Positions 52,661 to 64,000 of a DNA stretch of 64,000 nucleotides are shown here, one piece after another. The stretch is taken from positions 370,822,001-370,886,000 of the forward strand of contig OZ024743.1 of NCBI GenBank assembly GCA_964016885.1, in the 5' to 3' direction. The stretch's first letter is position 1. Each line of letters starts with the position of its first letter. The notes beneath the pieces were generated by a model, which saw nothing but the letters and a program-made list of their open reading frames with translations, was not told the DNA's origin and did no database searches. The translations under genes and the position numbers were made by a program. This DNA is from Eledone cirrhosa. Taxonomy: Eukaryota.

Positions 52661-52771
52661 CCACGTACATCCCATGCCATTTCTGGAGGTGACTCAGTAA
52701 ATTGAGCACAATTATGTAGTTGATATTCAAAGAGAAGCTGACTAGGATCCATTAATGACTAATGAGGAAGC

Positions 52772-52952
52772 GTGGTGAATTGGCAGTATCGGTAGAAGGT
52801 CAGACGCCTTTCTAGCATACTTATGTCCCTTTATGATCTGAGTTCAAATCCCGCCGAGGTTAACTTTGCCTTTCATCCTTACGGGGTCGATAAAATAAAG
52901 TACCAGTAATGTACTGGGTATTGATGGCCTTGTGTGCCAAAAAGTAGAAACA
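52772..52952 (+). mobile_element. Near full-length SINE family A with a 21-bp TSD
   Basis: tRNA-like head (tggcagtatcggtaga; gagttcaaatcc), core ctttcatccttacggggtcgataaaataaagtacc, TSD attaatgactaatgaggaagc (52751-52771, 52953-52973). Confidence 0.9.
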
Positions 52953-53824
52953 ATTAATGACTAATGAGGAAGCATGTAACTGAATCACTATTTAGGAACA
53001 TACATATGCATACATGACACACACATACACACACATGCATATGGATATAAACAAACATTATACGTACACACACATATATATGGATGTAAACATACATATA
53101 CATCTTAATATAAACATACATCAGATACACACACATATGGATATAATAATACATAAGATATACACACAAACATCATCATTGCCATCAACATCATTAAAAT
53201 ATCTTCTTCCTCTTTTTCAGAACATGTCATAAAATCTCATGAAAGCAACCAGTACAGACATGGTAGATAATGCACCTGTTAATACCATATCAACATGGAA
53301 AAAGGAAAATAAAACTTCTGGTAATGTGATAATCATGATAGTGGTGGTGATAGTGATGATGATAGCTAATGGTGCTCAAGGCAATGGTGATGAAGATAAT
53401 AGTGGTGGTGGTAGTGATGATACTGAGGGGAGTAATGGTAATGATAATGGTCGTGATGATGGTAATGACAATGATGGTGGTGATTGTTATGTTGACAGTG
53501 GTGCTTGTGGTGATAAAAATGATAATCATGATATTGGTAATGTTGGTAATTATAGAGGTGGTAATGATGGTTAATGATGATGATAATGGTGGTTGCGATG
53601 ATGAAACTGGAGTCAATTCTGTGATGTCCAACTGCAACTTCCTGTTGCCAAACCTTCATTTGCATTCTGTTAACAGACACTTTGCTGCACTGGCCAACAC
53701 TGTGTTTACAACTAATAGCACTTGTTACTGCTGTTTCAAGACAATCTCTTTAACATTTGTAAACATTCTCTTTCCAGTGAGGATTTCAACAGAATAAATT
53801 AGATTTCAGCACTACAAATAGATA

Positions 53825-54170
53825 TCATCATCATCATTGTTCAACGTTCATTTTCCACACTAGCATGGATTAGACAAGCTGTCCTATTGTGAGACAAGCG
53901 AGATCAGACGACTGTGTCTTGCTCATACAGAATTGATTTTGGCTAGGATTCTATAGCTGTATACCCTTGCTAACGCCAACCTCATTTACAGTGAATACTG
54001 GGTGCTTTTTGTTGTGACACCTTACACAACTACTTTACAGTGTAGACTGGGCGCTTTTTTGTTGTGACATCTACATAACTACTTTACAGCGTTGGCTGGG
54101 TACTTTTTGTTGTGGTACCAAAAGGAGCAGTTTACAGTGTGGACTGGGTGTTTTTTGTCATGGCATTTTC
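53825..54170 (-). mobile_element. RTE 3' UTR fragment
   Basis: (ATC)n, ttccacactagcatgg and actttacagtgt units. Confidence 0.75.
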
Positions 54171-54745
54171 CTTTTAAAATGGTAGGGTATTATATTAGGG
54201 ACATATGACTGCTATTACTAGCAAGTCAAGTAACTACATAAATGCTCCTTTGCTTGAAAATAAAGTTAACTCTTTTGCCCTAAACTAGCTATGGTTCTAT
54301 GAAACAAAAACACCTAATTTAAAGGGGTTTTTTTTAAATTAAAATCTTCCCAAACTAATTTAGAACCTTTTGATAAGTTATTTTGCAAATACCATATTAA
54401 CAATCAAATAATTAATAATTTTAGTAAATCAGTCCAAATTCTTCATTGTGTATTGCATTAGAAATATGGTAATGAAAGGGTTAACTCCTAATGTGCCAAA
54501 CACTCAACACAGTATCTTTTAAAATTTACACAATTGATTTAATACAGCATGAAACCCTGTTAGCAAAACATTCTTGAAAAATACAAAACAACACTATGAC
54601 TGATCACATTAAAAATTGAAGTATTTACTCCAATATTGCAAATGTTTACACTGATCACCCTAGTAGTAAAGATACTATAAACATTTGAATTAACAAACTT
54701 GCAGAGTTAACTGGTGATGACATAAACCAAAAGATTACAACTTAC

Positions 54746-54862
54746 CCATGTTTCCTTTTTTCGAACATTGTCCACAAAAATCAAGTGGGTTGCTGTTAAA
54801 TGTAAAGTGCCTTCTGATGACTTGCGAGGATTGACACGATCCAACCATTTGACATTCTCGAC
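54746..54862 (-). CDS. MTMR6: Myotubularin-related protein (MTMR6/7/8 group), internal coding exon (probably exon 2; start of PH-GRAM domain)
   Basis: 117 bp between ttcaAG and GTaag, phase 0/0. Encodes VENVKWLDRVNPRKSSEGTLHLTATHLIFVDNVRKKETW, matching the MTMR6/7/8 N-terminus (VEQVKLLDR...GTLYLTATHL.F...KETW). The symbol denotes the group; invertebrates usually have one co-ortholog. Confidence 0.93.
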
Positions 54863-55229
54863 CTTGAAATAATGCAAGTAAATAAGAAAAAAATAAGCAA
54901 ACAACTATTTCAACTGGTCCAAAATTCGCATGAAATTTTTTTGGTCCAATAATACCAAATTACCTAATATAGCCTATTCATATTAAAATAAGAATATCAA
55001 CACAAATCTCATTATTTCGTCTATGATAACACACAACTATATAAACAATTGTTAGATTTATTTTGACAATTTTTATCACAAAATTTTGCCCTCTGAATTT
55101 TTAAAGATTTTTTTCCACATTGCAATTTGAAACTTTGCTGATACTGTTTACGCCTTTAAAAAAAAATGTATACTAGCTCCACATTCCTGAGTAGCAATTC
55201 TGAATTTGAAGGATCTGTGAAAGAAGAGG

Positions 55230-55800
55230 CTGAAAAAGCAAGTGAAAACTGTAAAGAAAATCATGTAGGAAATATTCAATTGGATATCTTGATTTGGATA
55301 CTGAAAGTGATTCTGACAGATTCTGACAATAACAGCATTGATATTATAGATAATGAAAATGATATTTTTCAAGAAGTATGGAGCGAAAGTTTGCAAAAAA
55401 AAAAAAAAAATACTTTTCAAAACTTTTCTGAAGGCACAGGACCTAATCCCAGTTTTTCTGATAATGTGAGAACTGTGGACTATTTTTTTTCTTTTTCTCA
55501 TTAAAATGTTCCAAGTAATAGCTGCAAAAAAAATTTGCTATAAACAAACTGTGAAGAGAGATGGATTATGGTTTCTTACATGCCTGGAGGAAATCTGGAC
55601 ATTTCTTGCCATAAATATTATAATGGGGATTAGGAAGTTGCTCAGTGTTATCAACTTATTAACCTTTTAATGACTCCTATGTTTCCAGTATAATGACCCA
55701 AATACATTTTATAAAACTTTGCCAATATTCCCCATACAATTACTCACAATACATCAATCAGTATGTGAATATGAAAACTATAACCCCTTATTTAAAATGA
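55230..55800 (+). mobile_element. piggyBac-like transposase remnant
   Basis: Acidic N-terminal stretch, then FSEGTGP..VDYFF and EEIWTFLAINIIMGIRKL, resembling PGBD-type N-terminal motifs; frameshifted. Confidence 0.55.
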
Positions 55801-55819
55801 AAGAAACAGGACTTAATTT

Positions 55820-57300
55820 GTGTGGCATCATCTAGGTGTATCAAACGTTGAAAAGAGCTGTGATGTTCTGAACAATGTGGTCTATACCGAGAGCAAAGAG
55901 GAGGCGGCTCAAAGGGTCACCCTGTTGAACCCCAGGGGCTGAAGGTATGATTGTGTCAGCAGCAAAGAGCATGCTCAGGGCCCCATATGAGAGGTAGGTC
56001 AGCGGGCAGGCAGAGGGGGCCCAGCTGAGGCAGGCCTCGAGCACGTGGTCATGGTGTAGACAATTAAAAGCATTCCTCATGTCAAGCTTGACAATGAGGT
56101 GCCTGGTGTCCCTCGACGCCAGTCCCAGTGGGCAGCTATTGAAGAACTGCTGAGCTGCATGTGTGGGCCCCTCACACCCACCGGACATGCCGACCCCTAG
56201 TTGCAATGGGCTGAGGTCCTCACCAAGTTCAGTGATGGGACATATGCCACTCTCTTTCTTCCTGAGAGCAGCCAGGCTGGCCAAGAAGAAGAGGCCTCCA
56301 GTGTAAGGGTCCAGGGCGCCATGGATAAACCTGTTGATGAGTTCCACAATTGCACTCAGAAGGCAATGCTTGGCTTCGGCTGATAGGGCGGATAGCAACA
56401 CTTTGAAGTCGCCAGGTAGGAAACCGTCAGTACCTTCGCTGCTGCTGGCAGGGAAGGACTTAATGGCAGCCATGATGTCTGTGTCTGATGCCACAAAGAG
56501 CAGGTGAGGATCAAATGTGAGTATGGGTCTGAGGGCAGCTCAGGATGCTTGAGCTGAATAGCAGCTAGGACCTCCTCGGTGGGGTAGATGGCGGTGTCCT
56601 TGGAGGCAACCACTCTGACCATGGCCAAGACATCATCCTTGATCTTGATTAATTTGGAGTTTACGCGGTCGCCTATACACTTTGTGTTGGCCTCAGTGGT
56701 GGAGGATTGAGGCCACCTGAGAGCAGAGGGTATGTTGTCCTTGGGCAAACCTGGGATGGGCACTTGCCCAAAGGAACAAAATTTGGCCTTGACAAAAGCT
56801 GCTGTTGACAGGCTGTCTCGGTCAGCGCCAGAATTGGGGAGGCTGAGGACGAGTGGAGCGAAATAGAAGAGGCACTCCCAGTCGCTGGCTCGATTGGAGT
56901 CCAGGGCCCTCTTGTTTGAGGATGCTATGGCGTCGACCACCAGCACCTGGGCTGCTCTTGGGATCTTGAGCGGAATCTTCCGGAGCCGCCTAAACTGAGC
57001 GATGTTGACCAGCGATGCTTCAGCATCAAGCAAGCTCACTGTCTCATTTGGTGGTGTAGTGGACAGCTGCAGCTGTGCAGACGAGAGGAAGAGACAGTTG
57101 TTGCATCTCCATGCTGTGAGGGCACTGAAGACACAAGCGTCACGCCAACACAAGAAAGGTAGTGGAAACAGCCGCACCCTGAATTATTCTGGCCTTTCTT
57201 TCACCTGTTCATAGTTGTGCATGCACTGCAGATGTTGCTCAGTGGGGCATGGAGCCGAGGACTGGAGCACTATGTGGCAATATGGGTGGGTGGAGGGGAG
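55820..57300 (-). mobile_element. CRE-clade non-LTR retrotransposon fragment
   Basis: LRKKESGICPI, PLQLGVG..GGCE..H, KLDMRNAFN, GVQQGDPL..LLF, then a frameshifted YLDD at about 55830; GC-rich island. Confidence 0.78.
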
Positions 57301-58364
57301 GAACTGGAATCATGGGGAAATAGGCAGGGAGATTATATGAAGAATGTATCATATCTCACTTACACCAGATCCGAAAGCAACATAAGATAAAACAAAAAAG
57401 GGGGAGTAGGGGCATGAAGGGGGATAAAAAAACACACACCCAAAAAACAGTGGGTGTTCCAGTGGAAAATCTTAGAGATTTATATGTATATCAGTATACA
57501 CACACACTCCCTCCCAAGTTTTGGCTATGACACCAGAGTATATGTTGTAAGTACATGCTTGTATGTGGACATTCTCATGTCCATGTGTGTGTGTGTGCAT
57601 ATTCATGGCCTGATTATAAAATGTATCAATAGTTAATAATATAGCTATGTATTTATGTACACAGATTATCTTATATAGACAGATGTACAATGGATGTTTG
57701 TGTATGTTTTCATGGAGACAAATTTTACATCATGTGTGTGTGGTATGAGTGTAATTATCAACAGGTATAAATATATATCAATATGTATGTAATTGTGTAT
57801 GTATTTGCGTGGTACAATTGATCCTGGCTAATTTCTCGCATTTATTACCAGTGAGACATCTTCTTTTGATGATCTTATAGTTCTGTTGCTCCTCTCCATT
57901 TTATTCTTCCCGACATATAAACACATGTATACAGTGTTAGTGATGATGGAGACAGTGATGTTCATTTGGTTGTGATCATTTAAAATATATATGTATATAT
58001 ATATCTTAAATGATTTAAATCCCTGGTGTTGTAGTTGTACGAGGGTCATAGTATTTTGGTGTCCTCATCGTTTTGTTGATATTTTCTGAGTTATTGCTGT
58101 GGATGTCGACTACTAATTATCATTGTCGACATACAAAAGGGATTGTCAGCTTGGAATGACTGGGAACTGTAAATATATACTTGGCATGGCAATAAAGTCT
58201 TTAGAATAGTAGGCTGTGTACCGTATATAGCAGTAAATGTAGTTAACATTAGTTGGAATTTGAACTTTGTAGTACGCGTGTGATATTCTGTATGAATGCT
58301 GTATTTTGTCACAGGCCTATGCATAACTATTTTGCTGTCATTCTTGTGAGTTTTTAATACACAC

Positions 58365-58640
58365 ATTGAACTGCTCAATCCACAAAATATTTTTTCCAGA
58401 GGAGAAGAGTGGCAATGATCAAACAATCACCCTATAGTCCAGACTTAAATTTGTGCGATCGTTGGGTGTTCAAGTTATTAAAGCAACATCTTTGGAAATT
58501 TGTTTTTGCTTCATTAGAAGAGGTGGTTGATGAATCGTTGTGTTGGTTTTGACAATTGCCAAAGGAACGGTTCTAAAAAGAGTTAAATGCTTTACATAAG
58601 CACCGTAAAGATAATATTGCATTCAATGGTGATTATGTTT
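58365..58640 (+). mobile_element. mariner transposase 3' remnant
   Basis: QSPYSPDLNLCDRWVFKLLK at about 58425-58485. Confidence 0.65.
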
Positions 58641-58769
58641 TACAGAATAAATAAATTTTAGTTTAAACTAGCAGAATGGCCAGGCGTTACTCAGGATTTG
58701 CTCTAGGGTTCTTATATATTTATCCTTATTGAGCCTCGTGAAATAAATACGTTTATATATATATATTAA

Positions 58770-60160
58770 ATAACCAATGCTTAGCACGCAATATTGTCTA
58801 CCGATGTACAATAAATTCCGGAACCAACAAATGGTATTACGTCGGATGTACCGCAACATCTTTCAAAGCTCGCCTATACCAACATCAATCTTCGATCAAG
58901 CATGAGAAAATGCGCTCCGTAACAACCCTTGCCGATAAAGCCTGGCAGCTTCGGAAGAACAATCAAGCATTCTCCCTTTATTGGCAAATTATTACAGTTG
59001 CGCCAGCATATAAGCAAAATCACCGATTTTGTAAATTATGCAATATGGAGATATACTGCATTTTAACGTCGGAAAACAAACTTTTGAACAGCAAAATTTA
59101 ACGTTCCCTTTACTGTAACCATCGTTTAAAAACGACTTTTTCTTTTTTTAAATGCATATAATGTTATCTTTTTACACCACCATTTGCAAATTTTTATTTT
59201 TATTTTTATTTCATATTTTTATATGTTTATACATTTTTATATGACTTTTTATAATAATAGCACTAAACACTGTTTTTTAGACCCCCTTTTAGAAATATCC
59301 TGCTACTATAATAGCCCCAATAACTTGTCTATAATTCTGTACTACATTGACCCATTTAACTAAATGTTGTCCAAACTACACCACTAGAAGAATTTACTTC
59401 CCCCGCCAACCCTAACACGCCTCATTTAGCTAACTGCTGCCAAAACATTTTCTCCTATACAATCTCTACTACTCTGACAGTCTTGAATCCTAAGACTACC
59501 TCCCCCTTACTCACTTCCCTCTTCCTCTTCCCTTCCTACCTCCTACTTTCTCACATATCATTTTTCATTTCATTTCATTTTACGTCCGCTTTTCCCTGCT
59601 TGCAAGGGTAGGACGGGAACTGATGCTGGCTTGATTTCTACAGCGGGATGCCCTTCCTAACACCAACCTCATTTACAGTGAGTGCTGGGTGCTTTTTTGC
59701 CGTGGCACGACCACTTTGCAGTGGAATGATAGGGACCCCAGTCCCTATCATCTCATTTCTACAGCTGAGTAAACTGGAGCAATGTGAAATAAAGTGTCTT
59801 GCTCAAGGAAACAACACATCACCCGGTCTGAGAATTGAACTCACAACCTTTCGATTGCAAGGCCAATGCTCTAACCACTAAGCCATGTGCCTCCTATAAA
59901 ATATTCTCCTATCATTTTACCATAAAGGTCTGATGACATGGTGTGTTCTCTTACAGTGTACCTATGATTTATGATAATATTTTTATATTATACAAATAGC
60001 GAGGTATAGGTAACCCACACACTATAGAAACAATTGTTACCTAATATATTCTTTATACCCGCATTTCCATTTCATAAACTTCTTCTTCATATTTTCTCAG
60101 GATTTTAAAGCATATTTTATTATACGTTGAGCAATCTCCGACGTCGGTTGACTCCATCCA
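58770..60160 (+). mobile_element. Penelope-like element 3' remnant: GIY-YIG endonuclease plus 3' region with a hammerhead, interrupted by RTE and SINE fragments (59575-59893)
   Basis: Translation QCLARNIVYRC...YYVGCTATSFKARLYQH...W.L...W.I...CKLCNME...LLNS*..CNHR fits a PLE GIY-YIG domain with a C-terminal CxLC/CxH signature. Confidence 0.8.
59926..60042 (+). ncRNA. Type I hammerhead ribozyme motif with a ~90-nt stem II
   Basis: aggt-CTGATGA-[59937-60026]-GAAAC-AATT-GTT^acct; stem I aggt/acct; palindromic stem III AACAATTGTT. Confidence 0.7.
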
Positions 60161-60224
60161 ATGCGACTACCTAGTAACATTGGAGTACAGATTTATTAAT
60201 TCTATATATATATATATAAATATA

Positions 60225-60276
<52 letters not shown>

Positions 60277-60301
60277 AATATATAAATATATATATATAAA
60301 T

Positions 60302-63300
60302 ATCATCATCATCAGGTTTAGCGTCCGTGTTCCACGCTTGCATGGGTTTGGACGGGGGTTTTCCCACTTGAGGCAAGAGTGGTTGTCTTGCTCGCATAGG
60401 ACTGTCTGGCGGGTTTTCTACAGTTGGATGCCCTTCCTAACACCAACCACATTTACAGTGTGGGGCTGGGAGGTTTTTACCGTGTTGCCTACACGGCCAC
60501 ATTACAGCGTGGACTGTCTGGCGGGTTTTCTACAGCTGGATGCCCTTCCTAACACCAACCACATTTACAGTGTGGGGCTGGGAGGTTTTTACCGTGTTGC
60601 CTACACGGCCACATTTACAGCGTGGACTGTGTGTTTTTTTGTCGTGACACCTACACGATCTCATTTGTTTCGGCCTGGATGTTGTGGGACCAACATAACT
60701 GTACATTGAAAGGGGCGGTGTGGATGGGGTGGAGGTGGTGGGACGGGGGGGGGGGGGGGGGGGGGTGTTTTGATAGAGATGCCTACTGACTGTAGTAGGT
60801 TTTTACTTTGTATTTAGGTAATGCGGGTCTTCTCTACTACTGAGTACCGCCAAAGGTCTCGGTCCAGTGACATTGTCTTGGAGAGGTGTAAGCGTGTGAG
60901 GTCGGAATTTATCAGCTCGTCCCATGTTTTTCTGGGTCTGCCTACTCCGTGGCTACCGTCTATCTTTATTGCCCTGCACTTTGTTATACAGCTGTCGTCT
61001 TTCATGCGCATCACGTGACCGTACCAACGTAGCCTTCTCTCGAGTAAACAACATCTGATCCCTCTTATTTCTAATTTTTTCCTTAGTTCGTTTATGCTTT
61101 GCCGTTCACGTATATTACTATTGCACATCCAGCGGAGCATGCAAGCTTCGTTCCTCTCTAGTCTGCGTATATCCTCTGCACACAATGCCCAGGTCTCACT
61201 GTCATGCAGCATTGCTGTTCGTATGCAGGCATCGTATAACCTGCCTTTCATTTTTAGGGAGAACCCTCTAGCGGCTAATAGTGGTATAAGCTATCTGAAC
61301 TTTTTCCATCCAGTTCTGACTCTAGCTACTGTACTTTCAGAGCACCCTCCCCCACTGCTGATTTTGTCACCCAGGTAACGGAAGCTGTCCACTATTTCTA
61401 TAGAACCCTCTGCGCAGTTGAAGGAGCTAGTATTTTGTGGGCACTTGCTGCTACTTATTGCACCAGAGCACCGGCCACATGTAAAATCTATGTTCTTAGT
61501 TAGCTTACCTGTGATCCCACTACATCTTTTATGCACCCATACTTTGCATTTGGGACATAAAATGGAGTTTCTACCTACGCCTTTCCTACACACTGAGCAT
61601 GGCCATTTCCCAGATGGGACTGCCGCCATATTTTCTTTCCTACAAACTAGAACTTTTGTCTTAGCCAGGTTAATTTTAAAGCCTTTTGATTCTAGGCCGT
61701 GCTTCCATGTTTGGAATTTCTTCTCTAGTTCGGTCATTGATTCAGCTATGAGCGTTAGATCATCTGCGTATAGGAGTTCCCATGGGCAGCCGGTCTTGAA
61801 CTCCTCTGTTATAGCCTGAAGGGCAATAATAAATAGTAGGGGGCTAAGAACAGAGCCCTGATGGACACCAACTTTTACGCTAAACTCTTCACTATATTCG
61901 TTGTTAATTCTTACCTTACTGACTGTTTCTTTATACATGGCTTGTATAGCTCTCACAAGCCATTCGTCAACACCTAGTTTTCTAAGAGACCACCAGATAA
62001 TGGAACGGGGGACTCTGTCGAAGGCTTTCTCCAAGTCGACGAAAGCTAAGTATAGGGGTTTACTTTTAGCTAGGTACTTCTCCTGTAGTTGTCGTACAAT
62101 GAAAAGAGCGTCTGTGGTACTTTTGCCTGACACAAACCCGAACTGCATTTCATCTAGATCAATTCTCTCTCTGATTAGTTGCGCTATTACTTTTTCCGTG
62201 ACCTTCATGACCTGGTCGATTAATTTAATGCCTCTATAGTTACTCCTATCTAGGGCATCTCCTTTTCCCTTATAGCAGTTAACGATGATGCTGCTACGCC
62301 AGTCCTTCGGAACAACCCCATTCTGTACGACTTGGTTAACTATCCGGGTGACCATGGTGTGTCCCACCGAACCAGATGCCTTCAGCATCTCAGCAACTAT
62401 TTCCGAAGGACCAGCCGCCTTACCCGTCTTCATATCTTTGATTGCCTTGCTTATTGTACTACCCTGGACTAACACTGCTGGTCCCTCTATTGGGTCGATG
62501 TGGGGGAGACTTTCTTTCTCCCATTTATTCTCCTCATTTAGTAGCCTTTCATAGTGACACTTCCAAGCTACCTTCTTATCAGCGTCGGTGATGGCAAGTA
62601 TGCCATCATCGTTAAGCACACACTTCTCCCCGACAATATCACGGTTTTCCTTGACACATTGCCTGGCAATCCTGAACACCTCACGTTTTTGGTCTTCACG
62701 TTGTAGAACATGCTTGAACTTTCTTTCCTCTGCTTCCCTTCTTGCCAAGTACACTTGTCTCCTAGCTTCCCTCCTGGCTACCTGATAGTCTTCTCTACTT
62801 CCCCCATCCCGCCATGCTTTCCAAGCCTGCTTTTGGGCCTTAATTGACTCCTCTACCTTACTGTTCCACCACCATGTTACTCTCCTCCTACCTACAGGCC
62901 TGCTCCAGCCACAGACTTCGTCTGCCGCCGTCAGCAGGTTTGCTCTCAGGAATTCCCACTGTTCCTCTATATTATACGACTCTAATTGCTCTTCCTTACT
63001 GTCGAAAGCGTCAAGTAATATGCTTTGAAATTTATTTCTGGCTATGGGGTCCTTTAGCTTCCATATTTTTCTCCTGAGGACAGTCCTCTTCCGCTGTCTA
63101 GTACGTCTCGTCCTGACTATGAGGTCGCTAATTATCAGTCTATGTTGGGAGGTGAATTCTTCATGGGGGAGGGATTTAGTGTTAACAACAGACACTCTGT
63201 CACGTCTTCTGGTAAGGATATAATCTACCTGGCTTGTGTGTTCCCCCGATCTATAGGTGATCAAGTGATTGTCTCGTTTTTTGAAGTTAGTGTTACAGAT

Positions 63301-63586
63301 AGTTAAGTTATTTGCGTCGCAGAATTCCAGGATTCTGGAGCCTTCCTCATTTCTAGTACCGAACCCATAGCCTCCATGGATTCCGTCATAGCCGTCACAA
63401 TGCTGTCCAACGTGACCATTTAGGTCGCCTGCAATAACTATATAGTCACTGTCGGTTATTTGGGAGGTAGCGAGCATCAGTGTCTCGTAGAATCTGTCTT
63501 TTATAGCACCGGGCAGTCCGGATTGTGGTGCGTACGCAGATATTACTGTCACCGTAGTTTTATTGAGGACAAGTCTTATTTTAATT
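60302..63586 (-). mobile_element. Young 5'-truncated RTE LINE inserted in a (TA)n tract
   Basis: EN-RT frame open for about 765 codons to a single TAG at 61291-61293, then continues in frame to 60814; (GAT)n tail; TA-rich tracts on both flanks. Confidence 0.95.
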
Positions 63587-64000
63587 ATATATATAAATAT
63601 ATATATATATATAAATATATATATGTATATAAATATATGCAAAAGTTATATTTAAAATTGTTGGGTTACAACGAGTAAATATTTTATAACTGATATAAAA
63701 GCACTCAACAGTTTCTGGAGTAGGTTTACGATATTAAACAAATGGAAACTATATTTATAAAACCATATTTATTTCGTTATATATATTTCTGGGATATCAT
63801 GTTAAAAATATGGTATGCCTTCCTCAGACAAAATACAATACATAAGCTGTTTTATAAATAATTTTGATATACCTTAATAATGCAACTTCCATTTAAAAAG
63901 TTGATTTGGTAGTGAAACTGTTATGACAGTTATATAGAAAGAAAAACGAAGATGAAAAGAAGAAGATGAAGAGATGTATGTAAATAAAAAAAGAAGAAGA

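Noticed and set aside
52772-52860. tRNA gene
   Set aside because: The A/B-box-like head does not form a cloverleaf and continues into a SINE body with TSDs.
59955-60015. SECIS-like ATGA...GA arrangement in the long hammerhead stem II (some Naiad PLEs encode selenoproteins)
   Set aside because: There is no apical AA motif, and the visible GIY-YIG cysteines are TGY codons with no in-frame TGA.
63871-63892. Possible MTMR first exon (ATG GAA GTT GCA TTA TTA AG|gt on the minus strand)
   Set aside because: It ends in phase 2 while the next exon starts in phase 0, and it does not resemble MEHI.T.K. Exon 1 probably lies outside the window.

Overview
AT-rich, repeat-dense animal genomic DNA, most likely an octopus/coleoid cephalopod (inferred from the repeat families). 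The only host gene is a minus-strand myotubularin-related phosphatase of the MTMR6/7/8 group. Three internal coding exons are visible (54746-54862, 9711-9873, 479-633), separated by introns of 44,872 and 9,077 bp; exon 1 was not found. The rest is largely nested transposons: RTE LINEs carrying a PHD-type finger, Tx1-like L1-clade LINEs, R4/Dong-like LINEs, a CRE-like LINE, Penelope-like remnants, non-autonomous Helitrons, a DD37D maT transposon, mariner and piggyBac remnants, and two SINE families. Four observations stand out. (1) A ~19 kb array in which Tx1-like and Dong-like LINEs share (TAA)n repeats from opposite strands, plus a SINE whose 3' end matches the Tx1 3' end. (2) Type I hammerhead ribozyme motifs: three in a fold-back Penelope-like unit and one with a ~90-nt stem II downstream of a GIY-YIG remnant. 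(3) Many fold-back palindromes and a 242-bp templated inverted insertion. (4) A strong sense-strand bias of intronic RTEs. Repeat boundaries were read by eye and are approximate unless stated as exact.
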